40,301 bases of DNA from PVC group bacterium (GTDB lineage Bacteria; Auribacterota; Erginobacteria; Erginobacterales; Erginobacteraceae), in assembly GCA_043804695.1 (NCBI GenBank), contig JAZDIV010000019.1:1-40301 (forward strand). The letters are read 5' to 3'. Shown piece by piece: positions 19,503-27,124 of the stretch (position 1 is its first letter; each line of letters starts with the position of its first letter). The notes below the pieces were generated by a model, which worked only from the letters and a program-made list of their open reading frames with translations, made no database searches and had not been told where the DNA came from. Both the position numbers and the translations under genes were made by a program.

Positions 19503-20397
19503 CGTAGTTCTCCAGGCCGCGGAAAAGTGGCTGGACAACGCGGAATTGTTTCGGCAAGCCGTGGAACGAACCGCTCGGGATCATGGGTTTGCCGGAGACC
19601 TCATCGAAAAAGACGCCTTCTGTTCGGTGGTGCTGGCGGTTCTTGCGGCGAACTTGCCTGAGTCTGTGGTATTCAAGGGTGGAACCTGTTTGAGCAAAGT
19701 GTACACGGACTTCTATCGCCTCAGCGAAGACTTGGATTTTGCGATCCCCGTGCCGCTGCAATCGTCCCGCGCCGGACGCCGCCGTCTCATGAAACCCGTC
19801 AAGGCTCTATGCGACAGCATGCCGGCCCACTGTCCTCAGCTTGCCGTTCTCGATCCCATGCGTGGCGCGAATCAGTCCACGCAATACATTCAGACGCTGG
19901 GGTATCAGTCGCGGATTACCGGCAAAACAGCGCAAATCAAGGTGGAATTCGGACTGCGGGAACCAACTCTGATAGCACCGCGGGTTGAACCGGCCGGCAC
20001 CTTGCTTGTAAGCCCTCTGACCGGCCGGCCAGTCTTTCCCTCGTTTCCTGTTCGGGTCATGGCTCTCAAGGAGATGTGGGGAGAGAAAATACGCGCTGCA
20101 CTTTGCCGGCGAGAGCCCGCGATACGCGACTTCTTCGACCTGGACTATGCTTTGCGGACTAACCAATTCGACCTGTCCGCCCCTGATCTCATCACCTTGG
20201 TCGGACGGAAACTCGCGGTGCCGGGGACCGGTCCTCCGCAACTGACGGATGAACGGCGCGCGGAACTGGACCGCCAGAAAGAGACCGACCTGAAACCGGT
20301 CTTGCGCACTCGCAACTTCGATCAATTTGATCTGGACAGAATCTGGACCGCGCTGATCGCAATGGCAAACCGTCTACGGGAAACTAGACATCATTAA
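19495..20397 (+). CDS. abiEii: AbiEii/AbiGii nucleotidyltransferase toxin
   Basis: LIEKD, VFKGGTCLSK, RLSEDLDF, EKIRAAL..R...RDFFDL motifs. Confidence 0.92.
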   Translation: MNDVVLQAAEKWLDNAELFRQAVERTARDHGFAGDLIEKDAFCSVVLAVLAANLPESVVFKGGTCLSKVYTDFYRLSEDLDFAIPVPLQSSRAGRRRLMKPVKALCDSMPAHCPQLAVLDPMRGANQSTQYIQTLGYQSRITGKTAQIKVEFGLREPTLIAPRVEPAGTLLVSPLTGRPVFPSFPVRVMALKEMWGEKIRAALCRREPAIRDFFDLDYALRTNQFDLSAPDLITLVGRKLAVPGTGPPQLTDERRAELDRQKETDLKPVLRTRNFDQFDLDRIWTALIAMANRLRETRHH

Positions 20398-20572
20398 CGC
20401 CTTTCTTAAAGAATAATAAGGAGTCAAATTGGTGTGATTGCCTGGATCCTCAGCCGGGTTGAAAAGTACAACTATAAATGCCCGGACAAGCTTCACATCC
20501 CGGGGACATCCCCCCGGAAAAGAAGCAACGACGTTTTCATAAACGGCCACAAAATCAGCAAGCCGGACAGAT

Positions 20573-20659
20573 CTTCCGGTGCCCGTCCCTCACCGTCCGG
20601 AAGCTGATTCTCAAAGAATCCCAGATCAGCCACGCTCTGGGATGTCCGTCGTCCCCGTT
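20573..20659 (+). repeat. Cassette-end repeat A, copy 4 (87 bp)
   Basis: CTTCCGGTGCCCGTCCCTCACCGTCCGGAAG...TCCCAGATCAGCCACGCTCTGGGA; 20646-20661 identical to 8401-8416; no terminator follows. Confidence 0.95.
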
Positions 20660-20770
20660 TTAAGCTTTGATGACGGATATCTCAAAGCGTTTGCTGGTTG
20701 TGTAATCGCGGGAGAACGTCTTTCCAAAATTTTTTTATTGCCGAAGTTCACATATATGTTAACTTACGTT

Positions 20771-21121
20771 ATGAGAACAATTATCTTTTACCGGACAGAA
20801 TCGGGTAGTTGTCCGGTTGAAAAATTTCTTGATTCCCTTAATCCGAAGCAGGCGCAGAAAGTTCTCTGGGTTTTACAGTTGGTCGAAGAACTGGATCGGG
20901 TACCGGCGCACTATTTCAAGAAACTGGTTAATACCGAAGATATCTGGGAAGTCCGGGTCCGGGTCGGCAAAGAGATCTTCCGCTTGCTCGGCTTCTTCGA
21001 TGGGCCAAGATTGATTGTTGTAAACCACGCTTTTCAGAAGAAGACACAAAAAACGCCGGCCGGAGCCATAGCTCTGGCGGAAAAGAGAAAGAGGGATTAC
21101 CTGAGGAGAAAGAAGCAATGA
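20771..21121 (+). CDS. RelE/ParE (HigB/Gp49-like) toxin, copy 2
   Basis: 13 differences in 116 aa from 10765-11115 by manual count. Confidence 0.9.
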   Translation: MRTIIFYRTESGSCPVEKFLDSLNPKQAQKVLWVLQLVEELDRVPAHYFKKLVNTEDIWEVRVRVGKEIFRLLGFFDGPRLIVVNHAFQKKTQKTPAGAIALAEKRKRDYLRRKKQ

Positions 21122-21393
21122 GTGATGTCCGAAAATATGTAAGATCCAGAAAGGCCCGTGACCCGGAATTCGCGGAAAATTTCGATATCGGCTATGCTGA
21201 TTTTAAGATCGGGGTTCTTCTCAAACAAATACGTGAAAGTGCCGGTCTGACTCAGGAAGAAGTGGCGAAGAAGCTGAATACCAGGAAATCGGCGATTTCC
21301 CGGATTGAGAATCACGCCGAGGATATTCGTCTCTCCACTCTGGAAAGATTCGCTAAGGCTTTGGGAAGGAAGATCAGAGTTCAAGTTACGTAA
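21118..21393 (+). CDS. XRE-family HTH antitoxin (HigA-like), copy 2
   Basis: 11 differences in 91 aa from 11112-11387 by manual count. Confidence 0.9.
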   Translation: MSDVRKYVRSRKARDPEFAENFDIGYADFKIGVLLKQIRESAGLTQEEVAKKLNTRKSAISRIENHAEDIRLSTLERFAKALGRKIRVQVT

Positions 21394-21410
21394 TCGCTAA
21401 CCAGACAAAT

Positions 21411-21497
21411 CTTCCGGTGACCGTTCCTTACTGTGTGGAAGCCAATTTTGAAGACATCCCAGATTAACCACGCTCTGGGATGTCCGTCATGCCCGTT
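21411..21497 (+). repeat. Cassette-end repeat A, copy 5 (87 bp)
   Basis: CTTCCGGTGA...GGAAG...ACATCCCAGATTAACCACGCTCTGGGATGTCCGTCATGCCCGTT. Confidence 0.95.
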
Positions 21498-21501
21498 AGC
21501 G

Positions 21502-21533
21502 AAGCCGGAGGGGAGTATCCCCTCCGGCTTTTT
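21502..21533 (+). terminator. Intrinsic terminator after repeat A5
   Basis: AAGCCGGAGGGGA-gta-TCCCCTCCGGCTTTTT. Confidence 0.85.
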
Positions 21534-21535
21534 CA

Positions 21536-21607
21536 TTGGAATCGAAGGATTCCAAAACCAGCAGCACCCGGAGGGTGTTGTCCCGGTCAAAGACCGGGAT
21601 CGTCCCC
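21536..21607 (+). repeat. Triple-hairpin repeat B, copy 2
   Basis: TTGGAATCGAAGGATTCCAA...CAGCACCC-gga-GGGTGTTG-TCCCGGTC-aaa-GACCGGGA-TCGTCCCC. Confidence 0.85.
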
Positions 21608-21672
21608 TCCGAAAAAGATTAAAATCTTACTTGCGCATTGAAAAAGATATGGTATCATCTATAATACCAAGC

Positions 21673-22101
21673 ATGACAATATACCAAATCGTTATCGATA
21701 CAAATGTTTTTGTTTCAGCTCTGAGATCAAAACGAGGGGCTTCTTATAAGCTGTTCAAGCTTCTTGGCAAAGGGAAGTTCAAGGTTAATGTATCTGTTCC
21801 TTTAATTCTTGAATACGAAAAGACTGCGAAAGAAATCATAAAAACCGCCTCACTCAGTATCAGGGATATCGACGACATTATTGATTATATATGTGCGACT
21901 TCCAAGCATCAAAAGATTTGTTACCTTTGGCGTCCATTTTTAAATGATCCGAAGGATGATATGGTCCTGGAATTAGCGGTGTCAGCGCATTGTGATTACA
22001 TTGTTACTTACAATAGAAAGGATTTCCAGGATATCGATGATTTTGGAATACGTGTAATCAACGCAAGAGAATTCCTGAAAAAAATAGGAGAACTGCCATG
22101 A
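21673..22101 (+). CDS. PIN-family putative toxin
   Basis: IVIDTNVFVSAL...LILEYE...DPKDDMVLELAV...IVTYNRKDF; start moved to the ATG downstream of the repeats. Confidence 0.9.
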   Translation: MTIYQIVIDTNVFVSALRSKRGASYKLFKLLGKGKFKVNVSVPLILEYEKTAKEIIKTASLSIRDIDDIIDYICATSKHQKICYLWRPFLNDPKDDMVLELAVSAHCDYIVTYNRKDFQDIDDFGIRVINAREFLKKIGELP

Positions 22102-22334
22102 GTTCTATCAGCTTGAGGTTGCCGGATTCCCTGCATGAAACCGCTCGCGAACTGGCAAAAAAGGATCACATTTCCATCAACCAGTTAGTTGCGACAGCTT
22201 TGGCGGAGAAGATATCCGCGCTCATGACTCAGGGTTATCTGGAAGAACGGGCCAAGCGGGGGAGACGGAGTAAATTCGACCGCGCTCTGGCGAAAGTTTC
22301 AAACATCGAACCGGAACCAGCGGATCGGCTTTAA
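22098..22334 (+). CDS. Ribbon-helix-helix (HicB/CopG-like) antitoxin
   Basis: ISLRLPDSLHETARELAKKDHISINQLVATALAEK; 4-nt overlap with PIN gene. Confidence 0.85.
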   Translation: MSSISLRLPDSLHETARELAKKDHISINQLVATALAEKISALMTQGYLEERAKRGRRSKFDRALAKVSNIEPEPADRL

Positions 22335-22540
22335 TCTGTCGCTCATTATATCCAAGCTCCGGGCCATCTCCATCTTCCCGGTCACACTCCCGCCCTCTTT
22401 CGGAAAACGAAATTTTCCGTCTGAAACCGGATCTTCGACAAGATCACCTACCTTGACGCCTTAAGACACCGGGCGTGGCGCCTTCAGCAACACCTACGGT
22501 GACGCCATAAGTCAACTTTTTCGCTTCAAACCGGACAAAT

Positions 22541-22627
22541 CTTCCGGTGCCCATCCCGCACCATCTGGAAACGTATCCTCATGGAATCCCATGTCAACCA
22601 CGTTCTGGGACACCCTTCATGCCCGTT
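22541..22627 (+). repeat. Cassette-end repeat A, copy 6 (87 bp)
   Basis: CTTCCGGTGCCCATCCCGCACCATCTGGAAA...TCCCATGTCAACCACGTTCTGGGACACCCTTCATGCCCGTT. Confidence 0.92.
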
Positions 22628-22630
22628 TCT

Positions 22631-22666
22631 AAAAAAGCCGGGAAGCGATAGCGTCCCGGCTTTTTT
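22631..22666 (+). terminator. Intrinsic terminator after repeat A6, homologous to the tRNA-Asp terminator
   Basis: AAAAAAGCCGGGAAGC-gata-GCGTCCCGGCTTTTTT. Confidence 0.85.
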
Positions 22667-22783
22667 AGAATTGGAGTAAAAATTAATTTGTTAATGGTCT
22701 TGAAAAACTGTCGGATCTCTTATTATAATATATTTAGCTTATCGTTATATCTTTATCAATAAATAAACCAGGCGAGGGAACCG

Positions 22784-25700
22784 ATGCACATCAGGCAAGT
22801 GTTTATTCTCCTATCAAATATCGAACAATCTCACACAATCCAGTTTTCCTTGACCCGGGGGAGGAAAACCGTTTTTCAGGGGAGCCGCCTTATGGCGCTC
22901 GTTCTTACCGGATGTTTACTGTCTTTATTCCCGGCAGTGGGGACAGTATCGGCCCAGAACTGGGGAGCTCTCAGCGACGGCTCCATCAACATCATGCTCT
23001 CCTCTCACCAGGACCTGGGCTGGGAGAATTCCATTCCGTATTGTAACAATGTACGGAATGAGAAGATTATCAAGCCGGTCCTCGAGTGGATGGGACAGAC
23101 CGATACCGACTATCGGTACACCTTTGAATACGTCTATTCCCTGATGCATTACCTGGAGACCTATCCGGATGCCCTGGAGACGGTTCGGGAACACACGCAA
23201 TCCGGCCGCTTCCAGTGGGGGGCCGCGTATATCGATTTTTATGAATCGCTCTACTCCAGCGAGGGGGTGGTCCGCCAGTTCTACCTGGGCAAGAAATGGA
23301 TGAAGACCGCGCTGGGAGGGGGCTGTGACTCCCGCACCTACATCAACGTGGACCCGCCCCAGCGAGGGCTCCAGATACCGCAAATCCTCAACAAGGCCGG
23401 CGTCGACTTCCTGGTAACCAGCCGAACAAAATCGGGGTTTCTGAGGTGGTCCAGCCCCAACGCCCATGCCGGCTCAACCGATGATTACAGCGTGCTGGTA
23501 TATTCCAACGGGCAGTACGGCATCCCCTGGATATGGTCATGGGAGGGGACCTGGAATGAGGGGATGCTCTCCCCCTATGCTTATCAATTCAAAGATGATT
23601 CCGGGCCACCTCCTGCATACCCCTCATCTCTTATTTCGGCCCAGACCAAGGTATTATTTTACTGGAGCCAGTACACGGACCCGACGGTTCACCAGGGTTC
23701 GCCGCCCGGGACGACCTGGGAGGGGTATTTTCAGGACAGCGGTTTCCCGGCCCGGTTCCCGATTCTCTACTCCAACGACATGGGCATCCCGGCGCCTTAC
23801 CTCGGCGTCCCGACGGGAGACTACGCATCCGACCTGGTTAAAGATTGGAACCAGTGGAAGGAACACACCGACCCCGGCTGGCCGGAGATACGGTTATCCA
23901 CCTGTGATCAGGCCCTGGGGGCATTCTGGTCCGCCGCCACTGAGATGGGGGCGAGTTTCGAAGAGTGGATGGGGGAACGCCCGAACCTGTGGCTTTACAG
24001 CCACGGTCCCGGGCATCACTGGGCGGGCAGCGCCATCCGGGAAGCCGGCCGGCTCCTGCCGGCGGCGGAGACCTTCGCCACCATTGATTGCCTGCTCTCC
24101 GGGGACTTCAGTTCCTACCCGAGCGAGTATCTGCTGGAAGGCTGGAAGGGCGCTATCTTTCCCGGTCACGGCTGGGGAGGCGTGGATGGCGAAGATACCG
24201 ACAACCGCTTCCTCTGGGCGGCCCAGACCGGCGAACGGGTGGGTCGGGAGGTCCTCACCGACGCCCTGGAATCAATCGCGGCCCGGGTGGATACCGCCGC
24301 CGGGGGAGATCCGATTATCGTCTTCAACACGCTTCCCTGGGAGCGAAGCGACCCGGTAATCTGCCGGGTGGAACCGGAGGGGGAGAACTGGTCCATCGTT
24401 GACGCCGACTGGGCCCCGGTCACCTGCCAGGTGCTGGATGATGCCGGGGGGAGCAAGGAAATCGTCTTCATCGCCCGGAACGTGCCCTCACTGGGATACC
24501 GGACCTATTACCTGTTGGAAGACGGCGAGGGCGGAACCATGCCCGCCCGGAGCGCGGTCCCGGGCGAAAACCAGTATTACCAGTGGGAACTGAGCCCGGG
24601 CGGTTTCACCAGCCTCACCGACCGGGAACTGAACGTAGAGATCCTGGCCACGGCCAAATCATACGGCGGCAAGTCATTCCGCGGCGCTGAGTGTTTCTCC
24701 ATGGGTGCCTGTGACTGTGGGACCGGCACCTGCTGCTGTGGGGCGTTCGAGGTCCAGACGCTCACCCAGCCCGTTCCAAGCGAGGACTTTCGCCAGATGA
24801 GCGATTATGGTGTCGGGTGGACGGAGGTCGAGGAGGGTCCGGTCCGGAACGCGTTTGCGTATGAAGTGGCGGTGGAAAACTGCACCGCCAGTCAGAAGCT
24901 CATCTTCTACCGGGACATAAAACGGATCGATTGCGAGTTCTCGATGCAGTCCTGGAACGGCACCGGTTACCGTGAATGGCGGATGGCGCTGCCGTTGAAC
25001 CTGGATAAGGGCTTCGTGAGCTATGAGGTCCCCATGGGCGTCGTCCAGGTCGGTCGGGACGACCTGCCGTTTCCGGCGGGAGGGCATTTCAACGAGCAGA
25101 CCTGCAGCTACGTCACCCCCCGGGAAGTGCAGAACTTCATCAGCGTCTCCGGCCCGAACCCGGCTTTCGGAGAACAGACCTTCGGGGTGACGATGAGCTC
25201 CAGCGTGGCCGTCAGCAATTACATCTTCCCACCGAATAACGATGTTGGTCCCGACTCACAGGGCCAGATTGCCAATCCGATCCCCCAGCCGATTCTGATG
25301 GCAACCAGGCACAGCAATAAATCAGACGCAGAGGGCGGGAATCTCTGGTCACAGGCGGGAGATCACAATTACCACTTCTCCATATTTTCCCATGAGGGCG
25401 ATTGGAGGAACGGATGGAGGAGCGCCGTCCAGTCCAACAGCCCCCTGATACCGGTGGTGGGGGTCGCACCTTCCGCCGGCGCCGATCTCCCGGAGGAGAA
25501 GAGCTTCTGTTCGGTCTCCCCCGATAACATCGTCCTCACCGCCTTCAAGAAACGCGAAGACGATGTCTTTACCACTGAGGGTACGGCCGATGAAAATCTT
25601 ATCGTGCGCTTCTACGACATTGAAGGCCGGGACACATCCGACGCCGAGATCAGGTTCTTTTTCACGGTGAACGGTGCCGAAAAGACAAACATCATCGAAG

Positions 25701-26590
25701 AACCGATGTCGGGAGGTGGAACCGGAGTCTCGGTTTCCGGGCAGTCGGTGAAACTGTCTGTCGGCCACCACAGCATTGAGACCTTGAAGATCGTCCCCGG
25801 ACCCATCCCTCAACCCACTCCGGACTATATAGTTCTTCAATCCGGTGATTACAACGGTGACGGAATATCGGACATCGCCATCTTCCGGCAGTCGACCGGC
25901 CTCTGGGCGGTGAGGGGTTTGGGAAGGGTGTATTTCGGTACCGCCGGAGATATCCCGGTCAGCGGGGATTATAACGGCGACGGCATCGCTGATATCTCGG
26001 TTTTCCGTCCCGCCACCGGCCTCTGGGCGATTAAATGGATCACCCGGCTTTATTTCGGGGGCGGTGACGATCTACCCGTGCCCGGAGATTTTAACGGTGA
26101 CGGATCGTGCGACGTCGCCGTCTTCGGTAAAACAACCGGCCGGTGGAGCTTGAGGGATATCACCCGGGTTTACTTTGGGACTTTGAACGATCGGCCGGTT
26201 CCGGGAGATTACGACGGCGACGGTGGGACGGATATTTCCATCTTCCGGCCGGCTTCCGGCCTCTGGGCCATCCGGGAGATCAGCCGATGTTACTTCGGAG
26301 CCGGCGGGGACCATCCGGTCCCGGGGGTTTATAGTTGGTACGGCCGGTCATCCGCGAGCCCTTTCAAAGATCAGATCGCTATCTTCCGACCCTCCTCCGG
26401 ACTCTGGGCAATTCGGGGCATTACCCGAGCGTATTTCGGAACCTCGGGTGATACACCGCTTCGCGGTGACTTTGATGCCAATTCTCTCGACAATATAGCC
26501 ATCTTCCGCCCTTATTCGGGCCTATGGGCGGTGAGAGAAATTACCAGAGCTTATTTTGGCACTTTCGGTGATCTTCCGGTGACGAGATAG
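22784..26590 (+). CDS. Secreted GH38 (alpha-mannosidase-like) glycoside hydrolase with C-terminal FG-GAP-like module
   Basis: SSHQDLGW, SEGVVRQF..GK.W, LPQI-like IPQIL, FRW, IVFNTLPWERS and VPSLGYRTY GH38-type motifs; likely start at ATG 22892 (signal peptide); ends GDLPVTR. Confidence 0.8.
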   Translation: MHIRQVFILLSNIEQSHTIQFSLTRGRKTVFQGSRLMALVLTGCLLSLFPAVGTVSAQNWGALSDGSINIMLSSHQDLGWENSIPYCNNVRNEKIIKPVLEWMGQTDTDYRYTFEYVYSLMHYLETYPDALETVREHTQSGRFQWGAAYIDFYESLYSSEGVVRQFYLGKKWMKTALGGGCDSRTYINVDPPQRGLQIPQILNKAGVDFLVTSRTKSGFLRWSSPNAHAGSTDDYSVLVYSNGQYGIPWIWSWEGTWNEGMLSPYAYQFKDDSGPPPAYPSSLISAQTKVLFYWSQYTDPTVHQGSPPGTTWEGYFQDSGFPARFPILYSNDMGIPAPYLGVPTGDYASDLVKDWNQWKEHTDPGWPEIRLSTCDQALGAFWSAATEMGASFEEWMGERPNLWLYSHGPGHHWAGSAIREAGRLLPAAETFATIDCLLSGDFSSYPSEYLLEGWKGAIFPGHGWGGVDGEDTDNRFLWAAQTGERVGREVLTDALESIAARVDTAAGGDPIIVFNTLPWERSDPVICRVEPEGENWSIVDADWAPVTCQVLDDAGGSKEIVFIARNVPSLGYRTYYLLEDGEGGTMPARSAVPGENQYYQWELSPGGFTSLTDRELNVEILATAKSYGGKSFRGAECFSMGACDCGTGTCCCGAFEVQTLTQPVPSEDFRQMSDYGVGWTEVEEGPVRNAFAYEVAVENCTASQKLIFYRDIKRIDCEFSMQSWNGTGYREWRMALPLNLDKGFVSYEVPMGVVQVGRDDLPFPAGGHFNEQTCSYVTPREVQNFISVSGPNPAFGEQTFGVTMSSSVAVSNYIFPPNNDVGPDSQGQIANPIPQPILMATRHSNKSDAEGGNLWSQAGDHNYHFSIFSHEGDWRNGWRSAVQSNSPLIPVVGVAPSAGADLPEEKSFCSVSPDNIVLTAFKKREDDVFTTEGTADENLIVRFYDIEGRDTSDAEIRFFFTVNGAEKTNIIEEPMSGGGTGVSVSGQSVKLSVGHHSIETLKIVPGPIPQPTPDYIVLQSGDYNGDGISDIAIFRQSTGLWAVRGLGRVYFGTAGDIPVSGDYNGDGIADISVFRPATGLWAIKWITRLYFGGGDDLPVPGDFNGDGSCDVAVFGKTTGRWSLRDITRVYFGTLNDRPVPGDYDGDGGTDISIFRPASGLWAIREISRCYFGAGGDHPVPGVYSWYGRSSASPFKDQIAIFRPSSGLWAIRGITRAYFGTSGDTPLRGDFDANSLDNIAIFRPYSGLWAVREITRAYFGTFGDLPVTR

Positions 26591-26678
26591 ATACTGGTTA
26601 TTGGAAAACTTGTTATTAGTAATTGCTAACCGGTATTAGAAACCGGTCGCCGCTTACCGATTACTGCTTACTGCTTTT

Positions 26679-26771
26679 CCCCCGGCGCCCGCCTTGCACC
26701 GTCCGGAAGTAAATCTTTAATATATCCCAGATCAACCACGCTCCCCGGTGACAACCGGGGTCATGCCCGTG
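26679..26771 (+). repeat. Cassette-end repeat A, copy 7 (93-bp variant)
   Basis: CCGGCGCCCGCCTTGCACCGTCCGGAAG...TCCCAGATCAACCACGCT-CCCCGGTGACAACCGGGG-TCATGCCCGT. Confidence 0.9.
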
Positions 26772-26806
26772 AAAAACCCCGAGGGGTTTTCCCCTCGGGG
26801 TTTTTT
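26772..26806 (+). terminator. Intrinsic terminator after repeat A7
   Basis: AAAAACCCCGAGGGG-tttt-CCCCTCGGGGTTTTTT. Confidence 0.85.
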
Positions 26807-26821
26807 ACGTTGATATGATGG

Positions 26822-27124
26822 ATGAGAACCCGCACTGTCATTTTGATAAAATATGTGGTAATATTGAACGATCACGGCGTTGAATACTTATTAGTCGGGG
26901 CCTACGCTGTTATTTACTATACCACCCCGAGGTACACCAAGGACGTGGACGTGTGGGTGAGGCCTACTCCTGAAAACGCTCATAACGTCTGGTTGGCATT
27001 AGAGGAATTCGGCGCACCGTTGGTTGATGTAACCGAAAAAGACTTTACCGACAGGGAAATGGTTTGTCAAATAGGAATTGAAAAGGCGGATCCGGCGAGA
27101 GGGAAAGGAGGGACGGAGCGGTGA
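26822..27124 (+). pseudogene. Probably truncated nucleotidyltransferase (DUF6036-like)
   Basis: LNDHGVEYLLVGAYAV.YY..PRYTKDVDVWV.PTPENA...AL.EFG is the N-terminal half of this family; family-like sequence appears to stop after QIG. Confidence 0.65.

Noticed and set aside
20579..20770. N-terminal extensions of ORFs 20579-21121, 21433-22101 and 11541-11852, and small ORFs such as 9249-9446 and 16503-16736
   Set aside because: They read through non-coding repeats, terminators or promoters; paralogue comparison and RBS position support the downstream starts.
22470..22482. GGGCGTGGCGC resembling the 5' end of tRNA-Pro
   Set aside because: Only about 11 nt of GC-rich match and no cloverleaf follows; compatible with chance.
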